Below, in pieces: positions 1 through 11,670 of a stretch of 64,000 nt of DNA. Within the stretch, counting starts at the first letter, position 1. Every line of letters begins with the position of its first letter. Position numbers and translations under genes: made by a program. The DNA is from Ylistrum balloti (Eukaryota). The notes under the pieces are model-generated. The model was not told the origin of the DNA and ran no database searches. It saw only the letters and a program-made list of their open reading frames with translations. Location of the stretch: contig NW_026781957.1 in assembly GCF_031769215.1 (NCBI RefSeq), positions 496,001 through 560,000 of the forward strand. Reading direction: 5' to 3'.

Positions 1-2
1 AT

Positions 3-1091
3 ACAAACCTTCTGGGTTTTATGATGAATCAGGATACATACGGCGAAACATTCAAAAACAATATATTGCTAACTAAATTGGATATGTCTATGAACAGAAT
101 AGATATGCTGTCACACAAAATATTTCACACACTGGTCAACATGAAATATTTAAATCTTAGTTTCAACTTGATGACGTCATTGGAGATAGACATAAGTCAC
201 ATGAGGAACCTTACGAATTTCGATCTATCTCACAACCAGTTGTCCGAACTGACCAATCAGAACAGGCAACACATTGACGCAATTACCAAGACGGGAAACC
301 TGATGGTAGATTTGAGTAACAACAGATTTGTGTGTTCCTGTCAGACTCTTCCATTTCTTCACTGGATTAACTTGAATCAAAAAATATTTAGAGGATTTCA
401 AACATACCGCTGTAGTCTTGATAATAAAACCAGTGTCTTGTTCTCAGAGCTGGATTCAGTACTTCAACAGCTTGAGAAAGACTGTACTAGTTACATAGGT
501 TTGATTGCTGGGCTCCTCTCCGCTATTGTGTTCTGTATAGCGATCGTGGTGCTTGGTCTGGTTTACAGGTATAGATGGAAACTCCGTTATTTATACTATA
601 TCACAAAAAATAAATACAGAGGATACGCCACGATCAGAGACGACCATAATCATGAGTACCGATATGACGCATTCATTTCGTATGCGGCAGAGGAGTCCGA
701 ATTTATCAAGAAGGATTTGATTAAAAACCTTGAGGAAAATCGTCCATTTCGACTATGTATTCATGAACGAGATTTTACACCTGGTATGGACATAGCTGCT
801 AACATTACAGACGCCATACATTCCAGTCGGAAGACGGTCGTGATTATGAGTGAAAACTTTGTCGAGTCATATTGGTGCATGTATGAATTAAACATGGCGC
901 GGATGGAGAGCATTTACTCACGAGAGGGGGCCTCTGTTTTGTTTCTGGTCATGTTCAGCCATGTGCCCATCGACGCCATTCCTTTACAGGTGATTGATGT
1001 CATCCGGTCCAAGACTTACATCGAGTATCCAAATGACCCCCAGGGAAACGTGGTATTCTGGGACAGAGTAGTAGAAGCCATATCTAAATAA
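3..1091 (+). CDS. Toll-like receptor, C-terminal part (LRRs, LRR-CT, TM, TIR); 5' end lies upstream of the window
   Basis: The frame is open from base 3. LRR motifs: LTKLDMSMNRI, KYLNLSFNLM, LTNFDLSHNQL. LRR-CT: DLSNNRFVCSC...W...C...C. TM: IGLIAGLLSAIVFCIAIVVLGLVY. TIR boxes: YDAFISY, LCIHERDFTPG (BB-loop Pro), SRKTVVIMSENFVESYWCMYE, FWDRV. No introns in this part. Confidence 0.96.
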   Translation, partial: TNLLGFMMNQDTYGETFKNNILLTKLDMSMNRIDMLSHKIFHTLVNMKYLNLSFNLMTSLEIDISHMRNLTNFDLSHNQLSELTNQNRQHIDAITKTGNLMVDLSNNRFVCSCQTLPFLHWINLNQKIFRGFQTYRCSLDNKTSVLFSELDSVLQQLEKDCTSYIGLIAGLLSAIVFCIAIVVLGLVYRYRWKLRYLYYITKNKYRGYATIRDDHNHEYRYDAFISYAAEESEFIKKDLIKNLEENRPFRLCIHERDFTPGMDIAANITDAIHSSRKTVVIMSENFVESYWCMYELNMARMESIYSREGASVLFLVMFSHVPIDAIPLQVIDVIRSKTYIEYPNDPQGNVVFWDRVVEAISK

Positions 1092-1639
1092 GACTTGGAC
1101 AACATATACTTGTCAGAAAATTCCGTTTGAACACGAGACTCATTTAGGTCAAGGTTTCTATAAATTAAAAATTACGTGGAGGAAATACTGTCAAATCATT
1201 AATTTTCATGGACTATTAATTTTAGCCTTAACCTACCAATTTATGTGTCCACGAACTCTTAAAATAAGTGTAAGTTGACTTAGTGAGCTATATCAATCAA
1301 AGCATGCAAATGAAAACGAAATAGTTTTTTTAGTAAATTATTTTACAGTGGCAGTTTCTAAAAACAAAATCATTTACGAAATCAATCTAAATTGGATTTT
1401 ATGAGCCAACTCCGTCGTCGTATTGATGTCAGAAAGTTTGTATATAAACTTTCGACGACAACAATTATGTAAAGATTCATATTGCCGTGAAAGTTGTAAA
1501 CAGTTATGAGCTTAAATAATACATGTTATGTACTTTTCCGTTGTCTATTTTTGACGTCCTCACGGTAACTACTTTTGTGTTGCTTTTCAATCGTTCAATG
1601 TTTCCTTCGATCGCCTTGTTGTTTGCGACGCTTCCTCTG

Positions 1640-2260
1640 CTTTTGTGTTGTTGTTTTTTCAATATGTCCTCCGCTTGTCCTGTTGTCTATTTTGATGGCG
1701 TCATGGTTCCTCTACTTTTGTGTTGGTTTTTTTTCAATATATCCTCCGCTTGTCCTGTTGTGATTTTTGTGGCGTCACGATCTCTCTACTTTTGTGTTGG
1801 TTTTATTTCAATATATCCTCCGCTTGTCCTGTTGTGATCTTTGTGGCGTCACGATCTCTCTACTTTTGTGTTGGTTTTATTTCAATATATCCTCCGCTTG
1901 TCCTGTTGTGATCTTTGTGGCGTCACGATCTCTCTACTTTTGTGTTGGTTTTATTTCAATATATCCTCCGCTTGTCCTGTTGTGATTTTTTAGGCGTCAA
2001 GATTCCTCTACTTTTTTGTTGGTTTTACTTCAATATGTCCTCCGCTCGTCCTGTTGTGATTTTTGTGGCGTCACGATTCCTCTATTTTTGTGTTGGTTTT
2101 ACTTCAATGTGTCCTGTTGTCTATTTTGACAGCGTCATGGTTCCTCTACTTTATTGTTGGTTTTTTTTTTCAATATGTCCTCTGCTCGTCCTGTTGTGAT
2201 TTTTGTGGCGTCACGATTCCTCTACTTTTGTGTTGGTGTCTCTTCAATGTGTCCTGTTGT
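1640..2260. repeat. 74-bp tandem repeat, ~8 degenerate copies
   Basis: GGCGTCACG recurs at 1771, 1845 and 1919 (period 74). It explains the overlapping Cys/Phe/Val-rich ORFs at 1523-2383. Confidence 0.9.
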
Positions 2261-3279
2261 CTATTCATAGCGACATCGAGGTCTCTCTACATTGTTGATT
2301 TCTCCTCAGTACCGACTCTGCACGTGCTGTTACTTCCGCAAAACACATCCCGTTTAATATGTTGTCTCTCCAGACCTTATTAAATATATAGCACATTAAC
2401 ATGTTCATCATGTTTTACGACATGTTGTATCGTGTCTATTTCATGATATGTGATGTGATTATCATGATTTGAAATACATTTCTTATAACACCCTCTTAAC
2501 CACCCTATAACTTTTTAAGAATTTGTCAAAATTTGTCTTAACATTTTATGTCGATCGTTGTTCAAATCTGAAAACAGTCTGTGTACCTGTAATTTGCTGT
2601 CTGTATATGGTAAAACTGTTGCCTGGATCATGTATCATAATTATGTATATATCTTCGTGTTTTATGTCACCTGTGATTTTAAGAAAATAAATGAGTGAAT
2701 AAATAAAAATCTGTTTTATTTGGAATCAGAATCTGACATATTACGGTTTCCTCTTTCTGTTTCGCAGAATCATTTCCCAACAACGAGGAAGTTCAATACG
2801 ATCATGTACAATAGGATAATTAAATGTGTTGAGGCGAAATGGGAGGGAAACATAGTGAAAGTCGGGAAATCTAAACCATGGGTGTCATGTATTACTGGGT
2901 GTGACTTTACAGTATTACGTGGATACGGTAATTGAGTTAACGATTTTTTCCTGACATCTGAACTAGTGCTGTCGATAAAAACATTATGTTATTATCGCAG
3001 TGTAGCAACTAAACAAAACATTTACAGATCGAATAAATAAATGTGAATTTTGATGCTGTTAGATGTACATTTGTCTCCTCGCTGATAGGCCTTGTTCGAA
3101 TCAAAACTTAAGGCAATACTACCAATACCTTAATAACTCAAGGACTGAACATAAACCTGTAATTTCTTACACAAATAAAAATGCAATTACTTACTTCTTA
3201 GATATTAAAGAGTTAGAGTTTTATCTTCAAATTTATTAAAAAATATCTAGATGGATACTTTCAAATTCGATCAAAAAAT

Positions 3280-3937
3280 GTAAATATCTTCTCAATCCCT
3301 ATTCTGTATGATGTATGACGCTATGTAAATATCTTCTCCATCCCTATTCTGTATGATGTATGACTCTATGTAAATATCTTCTCCATCCCTATTCTGTATG
3401 ATGTATGACATTGTAAATATCTTCTCAATCCCTATTCTGTATGATGTATGTAACTATGTAAACATCTTCTCCATCCCTATTCTGTATGATGTATGACTCT
3501 ATGTAAATATCTTCTCCATCCCTATTCTGTATGATGTATGAATCTATGTAAATATCTTCTCCATCCCTATTCTGTATGATGTATAACTCTATGTAAATAT
3601 CTTCTCCATCCCTATTCTGTATGATGTATGACTCTATGTAAATATCTTCTCCATCCCTATTCTGTATGATGTATGACTCTATGTAAATATCTTCTCCATC
3701 CCTATTCTGTATGATGTATGATTCTGTGTAAATATCTTCTCCATCCCTATTCTGTATGATGTATGACTCTATGTAAATATCTTCTCCATCCCCATTCTGT
3801 ATGATGTATGATTCTGTGTAAATATCTTCTCCATCCTTATTCTGTATGATGTATGAATCTATGTAAATATCTTCTCCATCCCTATTCTGTATGATGTATG
3901 AATCTATGTAAATATCTTCTCCATCCCTATTCTGTAT
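3280..3937. repeat. 45-bp tandem repeat, ~14 copies
   Basis: Unit ATGTAAATATCTTCTCCATCCCTATTCTGTATGATGTATGACTCT, e.g. copies at 3546 and 3591. Confidence 0.95.
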
Positions 3938-5789
3938 GATTTACCGCATTTCCGTTCTCTCTGTTGAGTTGATTATTTGTTTTGTTTTGTTGTTGGNNNN
4001 NNNNNNNNNNNNNNNNNNNNNNNNNNNNNNNNNNNNNNNNNNNNNNNNNNNNNNNNNNNNNNNNNNNNNNNNNNNNNNNNNNNNNNNNNNNNNNNNNNNN
4101 NNNNNNNNNNNNNNNNNNNNNNNNNNNNNNNNNNNNNNNNNNNNNNNNNNNNNNNNNNNNNNNNNNNNNNNNNNNNNNNNNNNNNNNNNNNNNNNNNNNN
4201 NNNNNNNNNNNNNNNNNNNNNNNNNNNNNNNNNNNNNNNNNNNNNNNNNNNNNNNNNNNNNNNNNNNNNNNNNNNNNNNNNNNNNNNNNNNNNNNNNNNN
4301 NNNNNNNNNNNNNNNNNNNNNNNNNNNNNNNNNNNNNNNNNNNNNNNNNNNNNNNNNNNNNNNNNNNNNNNNNNNNNNNNNNNNNNNNNNNNNNNNNNNN
4401 NNNNNNNNNNNNNNNNNNNNNNNNNNNNNNNNNNNNNNNNNNNNNNNNNNNNNNNNNNNNNNNNNNNNNNNNNNNNNNNNNNNNNNNNNNNNNNNNNNNN
4501 NNNNNNNNNNNNNNNNNNNNNNNNNNNNNNNNNNNNNNNNNNNNNNNNNNNNNNNNNNNNNNNNNNNNNNNNNNNNNNNNNNNNNNNNNNNNNNNNNNNN
4601 NNNNNNNNNNNNNNNNNNNNNNNNNNNNNNNNNNNNNNNNNNNNNNNNNNNNNNNNNNNNNNNNNNNNNNNNNNNNNNNNNNNNNNNNNNNNNNNNNNNN
4701 NNNNNNNNNNNNNNNNNNNNNNNNNNNNNNNNNNNNNNNNNNNNNNNNNNNNNNNNNNNNNNNNNNNNNNNNNNNNNNNNNNNNNNNNNNNNNNNNNNNN
4801 NNNNNNNNNNNNNNNNNNNNNNNNNNNNNNNNNNNNNNNNNNNNNNNNNNNNNNNNNNNNNNNNNNNNNNNNNNNNNNNNNNNNNNNNNNNNNNNNNNNN
4901 NNNNNNNNNNNNNNNNNNNNNNNNNNNNNNNNNNNNNNNNNNNNNNNNNNNNNNNNNNNNNCTTCTTCTTCTGGCGGACTTCTACTTCCGTTCTTTTTCT
5001 GTTCTCCAGTTTTCTATCTACCTTATATGTCTATATTTTTGTTGGTTGCAAAAACAAAGTGAACAACACAATATCTTGAAAACAGAAATAGATTTTAAAA
5101 AAATATCGATAACCTGATATTGTTAATAACTAGATTTTTTTGTTATCTTAACTGTTTATATAGTACAATATATCCCATCAAACTTTGGCTATAATAAACC
5201 TGTTATTTTATATTTACGAAATACAAGTAATTGCCTAAGGCAAAGTTACGTTTCCCATATGTATATTATACGTGTCGACCGTTGTGTTTTGTATCCTGCC
5301 TGAGGCCAGAGACAAGGTGATGTCTTACTTCTGTCTCAGCCTTGGGAACATCCATCACGTCCAAAACGACGTTTGTCCCATGTAGCTGTCAAAATACCAA
5401 CAATGGCGGCCACTGTCAAACTTGTGATACAACCTAACAAGACTGGATTAACACAGCCCTTGTAATATCTGATGGTCATCTGTTATCCCAGCTTCAGAAT
5501 CTACAGGTAAGTGTTTAACTTGTACATTTATTACTGTAGCCAAGGATATGTACTTTAGTCTGTAGGACGACAATTACGATATCTTTCATACAAATTTTGA
5601 CATTGGCGCAAAGACAGAAAGGGCGTGAGTCACAAAAACAGACAAAATGAAAATGATGATTGTTTCGATTGTTGTCGCTGACACTAACAAATATATTACA
5701 TACATCAATGAAAATGATATGAAAACTTCTAGTTCCTCTTGACTCGTAACCGTATCTAACGTTCCTGACCGAGGACATACAACTGTCCT

Positions 5790-7390
5790 TAAGACTAAAG
5801 TGTCAGGCCAATTTCATACCATGTTCTACCACTGTCCTTGTGACTAAAGTGTCATGTCACTATCATACCTTGTTCTACCACTGTCCTTGTAACTTAAGTG
5901 TCAGGTCACTATCATACCTTGTTCTACCACTGTCCTTGTGACTAAAGTGACAGGTCACTATCATACCTTGTTCTACCACTGTCCTTGTGACTAAAGTGAC
6001 AGGTCACTATCATACCTTGTTCTACCACTGTCCTTGTGACTAAAGTGTCAGGTCACTATCATACCTTGTCAGGTCACTATCATACCTTGTTCTACCAATG
6101 TCCTTGTGACTAAAATGTCAGTTCACTATCATACCTTGTACTACCACTGTCCTTGTGACTTAAGTGTCAGGTCACTATCATACCTTGTTCTACCACTGTC
6201 CTTGTGACTAAAGTGACAGGTCACTATCATACGTTGTTCTACCACTGTCCTTGTGACTAAAGTGACAGGACCTTGTCAGGTCACTATCATACCTTGTTCT
6301 ACCACTGTCCTTGTGACTGAAGTGTCAGGTCACTATCATACCTTGTTCTACCACTGTCCTTGTGACTAAAGTGTCAGGTCACTATCATACCTTGTTCTAC
6401 CACTGTCCTTGTGACTAAAGTGACAGGTCACTATCATACCTTGTCCTTGTGACTATCATACCCTGTTCTACCACTGTCCTTGTGACTAAAGTGTCAGGTC
6501 ACTATCATACCTTGTTCTACCACTGTCCTTGTGACTAAAGTGACAGGTCACTATCATACCTTGTCAGTTCACTATCATACCTTGTTCTACCACTGTCCTT
6601 GTGACTGAAGTGTCAGGTCACTATCATACCTTGTTCTACCACTGTCCTTGTGACTAAAGTGACAGGTCACTATCATACCTTGTTCTACCACTGTCCTTGT
6701 GACTAAAGTGACAGGTCACTATCATACCTTGTCAGTTCACTATCATACCTTGTTCTACCACTGTCCTTGTGACTGAAGTGTCAGGTCACTATCATACCTT
6801 GTTCTATCACTGTACTTGTGACTAAAGTGTCAGGTCACTATCATACCTTGTTCTACCAATGTCCTTGTGACTAAAGTGACAGGTCACTATCATACCTTGT
6901 CCTTGTGACTATCATACCTTGTTCTACCACTGCCCTTGTGACTAAAGTGACAGGTCACTATCATACCTTGTCAGGACACTATCATATCTTATTCTTTCAC
7001 TGTCCTTGTGACTAAAGTGACAGGTCACTATCATACCTTGTCAGGTCACTATCATACCTTATTCTACCACTTTCCTTGTGACTTAAGTGACAGATCGCTA
7101 TCATACCTTGTTCTAACACTGTCCTTGTGACTAAAGTGACAGGTCACTATCATACCTTGTTCTACCACTGTCCTTGTGACTAAAATGTCAGTTCACTATC
7201 ATACCTTGTCAGGTCACTATCATACCTTGTTCTACCACTTTCCTTGTGACTAAAGTAACAGGTCACTATCATACCTTGTTCCACTACTATCCTTGTGACT
7301 AAAGTGACAGGTCACTATCATACCTTGTTCTAACACTGCCCTTGTGACTTAAGTGTCAGGTAACTATCCTATCTTATTTTACCACTGTCG
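5790..7390. repeat. 49-bp tandem repeat with internal deletion variants, ~1.6 kb
   Basis: Unit GACTAAAGTGACAGGTCACTATCATACCTTGTTCTACCACTGTCCTTGT, with truncated copies (…ATACCTTGTCAGGTCACT…). Confidence 0.95.
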
Positions 7391-7764
7391 TTATGTCCTA
7401 CAGGTTGTATGACAGCTCTAGATCCATTTTCATCCCCTCCTGCTCTGCCGGTGTTTTGACAACCCTATGTTTATTTACCCTCTATCTGTCGCCTGCTGTT
7501 GTTCATCTTACTCTACTCTAATGTCTTGTTTTGAGTTAGATGTTAATAGTGGATGAAGACTTTAGGAATCTTGTATGGTAATTATCAGGATATCTCTTTA
7601 AGAAATTCTTTATGTGATATAAAGTTAGATGTGTCCGAGGTCCGATTGACTGACCAAGATTTGGATAATTTTCCTGTAACTTTCCAATGCTTTTCCAAAG
7701 GACTTTGTGGGTTCAGTTTTGTAAACTTTTCGGTTTTTTCTTAGTTCACCTGTAAATACTTGTT

Positions 7765-10560
7765 TTTGACCCTCACTCTCTCCTCCTCTCTTCTCCTCTC
7801 TCCTCCTTCTCCCCTCCCTCTTTCACCCTCATTCTCTCCTCCTCTTTCCCGCCTTATCCTCTCTCTCCCTCTCACCTCCCTCTTTCTCCTCATTCTCTCT
7901 CTCCTTCTCCCTCTTTCACTTTTCCTTCTCTCCCTTCTCTCACTCTCTCCTCCTCCTTCCTGCCTTATCCTCCTCCTCTCTTTTCCTTCTCACCTCCCTC
8001 TTTCATCCTCATTCTCTCCTCCTCCTTCTCCTCCTCCTTTCTCTCCTTCCCCCCTCCCTCTTTTACTCTCATTCTCTCCTCCTCCTCACTTTTCCTCCTC
8101 CTCATCTTTCTCTTCTCACCTCCCTCTTTCACTCTCTCTCTCCTCCTTCCTGCCTTATCCTCCTCCTCTCTCTTCTCCCCTCCCTCTTTCACCCTCCTCT
8201 CTCCTCCTCCATCCCGCCTCTCCTCCTCCTCTCTTTTCCTTCTCCCCTCCCTCTTTCATCCTCATTCTCTCCTCCTCTTTCCCGCCTTATCCTCCTCCTC
8301 TCTCTTCCTTCTCCCCTCCTTCTTTCACCTCCTCACTCTCTCCTCCTCCTTCCTGCCTTATCCTCCTCCCCTCTTTTCCGTCTCTCCCTCCCTCTTTCAC
8401 CTCTCCTCAATCTCTCCTCCTCCTTCCCGCCTCCTCCTCCCCCTCTCTCCTCCTTCTCACCTCCCTCTTTCACCCTCACTCTCTCCTCCTCCTTCCTGCC
8501 TTATCCTCCTCTCTTTCCCTTCTCACCTCCCTCTTTCATCCTCATTCTCTCCTCCTCCTTCCCGCCTTATCCTCCTCCTTTCTCTTCCTTCCCCCCTCCC
8601 TCTTTTACTCTCATTCTCTCCTCCTCCTTCCCGCCTTATCCTCCTCCTATCTTTCCTCTCTCCCTCTCTTTCACCCTCTCTCTCNNNNNNNNNNNNNNNN
8701 NNNNNNNNNNNNNNNNNNNNNNNNNNNNNNNNNNNNNNNNNNNNNNNNNNNNNNNNNNNNNNNNNNNNNNNNNNNNNNNNNNNNNNNNNNNNNNNNNNNN
8801 NNNNNNNNNNNNNNNNNNNNNNNNNNNNNNNNNNNNNNNNNNNNNNNNNNNNNNNNNNNNNNNNNNNNNNNNNNNNNNNNNNNNNNNNNNNNNNNNNNNN
8901 NNNNNNNNNNNNNNNNNNNNNNNNNNNNNNNNNNNNNNNNNNNNNNNNNNNNNNNNNNNNNNNNNNNNNNNNNNNNNNNNNNNNNNNNNNNNNNNNNNNN
9001 CTCTCTCCTCCTTNNNNNNNNNNNNNNNNNNNNNNNNNNNNNNNNNNNNNNNNNNNNNNNNNNNNNNNNNNNNNNNNNNNNNNNNNNNNNNNNNNNNNNN
9101 NNNNNNNNNNNNNNNNNNNNNNNNNNNNNNNNNNNNNNNNNNNNNNNNNNNNNNNNNNNNNNNNNNNNNNNNNNNNNNNNNNNNNNNNNNNNNNNNNNNN
9201 NNNNNNNNNNNNNNNNNNNNNNNNNNNNNNNNNNNNNNNNNNNNNNNNNNNNNNNNNNNNNNCTCTCCCTCCCTCTTTCATCCTCAATCTCTCCTCCTCC
9301 TTCCCACCTTATCCTCCTCCTCTCTTCTCCTCCTCCTTCTCCATTCTCACCTACTCACTCTCTCCTCCTCCTTCCCGCCTTATCCTCCTCCTCTCTTTTC
9401 CTTCTCACCTCCCTCTTTCACCCTCTCTCTCTCTCTCCCTCTATCNNNNNNNNNNNNNNNNNNNNNNNNNNNNNNNNNNNNNNNNNNNNNNNNNNNNNNN
9501 NNNNNNNNNNNNNNNNNNNNNNNNNNNNNNNNNNNNNNNNNNNNNNNNNNNNNNNNNNNNNNNNNNNNNNNNNNNNNNNNNNNNNNNNNNNNNNNNNNNN
9601 NNNNNNNNNNNNNNNNNNNNNNNNNNNNNNNNNNNNNNNNNNNNNNNNNNNNNNNNNNNNNNNNNTCTCCTCCTCCTTCCCACCTTATCCTCCTCCTCTC
9701 TTTCTCTCCCTCTCTCTCCCTCTCTCTCTCTCTCCTCTCTCTCTCTCCTCCTCCTTCCCGCCTTATCCTCCTCCTCTCTTTTCCTTCTCACCTCCCTCTT
9801 TCACCCTCACTCTCTCCTCCTCCTTCCCGCCTTATCCTCCTCCTCTCTTTTCCTTCTCCCCTCCCTCTTTCACCCTCACTCTCTCCTCCTCCTTCCCGCC
9901 TTATCCTCCTCCTCTCTTTTCCTTCTCACCTCCCTCTTTCACCCTCACTCTCTTCTCCCCCTTCCCGCCTTATCCTCCTCCTCTCTTTTCCGTCTCTCCC
10001 TCCCTCTTTCACCCTCACTCTCTCCTCCTCCTTCCTGCCTTATCCTCCTCCTCTCTTTTCCGTCCCTCCCTCCCTCTTCTACCCTCATTCTCTCCTCCTC
10101 CTTCCCGCCTTATCCTCCTCCTCTCTTTTCCGTCTCTCCCTCCCTCTTTCACCCTCACTCTCTCCTCCTCCTTCCCACCTTATCCTCCTCCTCTCTTTTC
10201 CGTCCCTCCCTCCCTCTTCTACCCTCATTCTCTCCTCCTCCTTCCCGCCTTATCCTCCCCCTCTCTCCTCCTTCTCACCTCCCTCTTTCACCCTCACTCT
10301 CTCCTCCTCCTTCCTGCCTTATCCTCCTCCTCTCTTTTCCTTCTCCCCTCCCTCTTTCACCCTCACTCTCTCCTCCTCCTTCCCGCCTTATCCTCCTCCT
10401 CTCTTTCCCTTCTCCCCTCCCTCTTTCACCCTCTCTCTCTCCTCCTCCTTCCTTCCTACTCCTCCTCCTTCTCCATTTTCACCTCCTCACTCTCTCCTCC
10501 TTTGTCTTTCCTCCCTCCCTTTTCCTCTCGTCCTTTTCTCTACCTTTTCCTTTCCTTCAT
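7765..10560. repeat. CT-rich polypyrimidine satellite (~69-bp unit), gapped
   Basis: Almost purely C/T on the + strand. CCCGCCTTATCC recurs at 9826 and 9895 (period 69). Three N gaps lie inside. Confidence 0.92.
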
Positions 10561-11429
10561 TGTCTTCGTCTTCCTTATTCTAAATACTATCATTAATGAT
10601 CAGCATCGTGAAGCTTTTATTTCATACAAAACTATTTGTGTATATTTAAGGAGTTGACCGTGACAGTAGGTAAAACATAAAAGCTAACGGAACAAACACA
10701 ATCTGTCATATACAAGTCATTGCTCACAGAGAATAAAACCAGACAGGTCTCCGAATTGATTGTTTTTATGATAACTTGTGAGGTAAGACATTCGTCAGGT
10801 ATCCTGGACACATACCACCATGCCTATATACTGTACACTCCCTGACAGTGGTGCTGTTATCTGATGGGAACTATTTATAACGGACTGTTGTCAGGTCGGT
10901 GGTAAGGGCGACAGCATTACAGCTGATCGATCGACGGACCTTGCGCCATGTCGTTATATCATTTCAAATTATCTTGTATGTTGAATTTTTTTTTTACTCG
11001 TGTTATGATGCTGTAAGACAAAATATCTACTTTCACTGTGTATCATAGAGCTTCTTAGTAGGGATATGAAATATACATATGATTATTTTAAAACATACCG
11101 ATTTTTTTCACTAATATTAATAACGGTAGATTTTTCCCCGCAAACATTGGTCATATCATAAAGCAATGAATATTCTAAATATACCGACATTATAAATTGC
11201 CTGTAATATGTCGAAAATACAAGACTGAAAATATTCCCGAAATTATACTATCGAATGTCAGCTAAAATAAATCCCCGAAGTCACAATACCGAGGTAATAA
11301 CACTATACCATTGGACGTATGTGGAAAACATTATCTGAGACCAAGCACTGACAGAATGAGTATATTACAAAAATATTAATATTTGACAACTGTTCACCTC
11401 TTAGGAACGAATAAATACTAAAATTACAT

Positions 11430-11670
11430 AACCAAAGGCCTACCACTAAAAGTATAATGTTTACCAAAGGCCTACCACTAAAATGTAATGTTTACCAAAG
11501 GCCTACCACTAAAAGCGTATTGTTTACCAAAGGCCTACCACTAAAATGTAATGTTTACCAAAGGCCTACCAATAAAATGTAATGTTTACCAAAGGCCTAC
11601 CACTAAAATGTAATGTTAACCAAAGGCCTACCAATAAAATGTAATGTTTACCAAAGGCCTACCACTAAAT
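11430..11670. repeat. ~31-bp tandem repeat, ~7 copies
   Basis: Unit ACCAAAGGCCTACCACTAAAATGTAATGTTT. Confidence 0.92.

Noticed and set aside
1523-2383. Cys-rich hydrophobic ORFs after the TLR
   Set aside because: Produced by the 74-bp tandem repeat in several frames.
3936-5117. Long ORFs spanning 3997-4961 (also those at 25774-26043 and 61118-61512)
   Set aside because: Artefacts of N runs.
7760-10657. 965-aa Ser/Pro/Leu ORF and the antisense Glu/Arg/Gly ORFs
   Set aside because: Translation of a CT-only satellite across N gaps; such sequence cannot contain stop codons.
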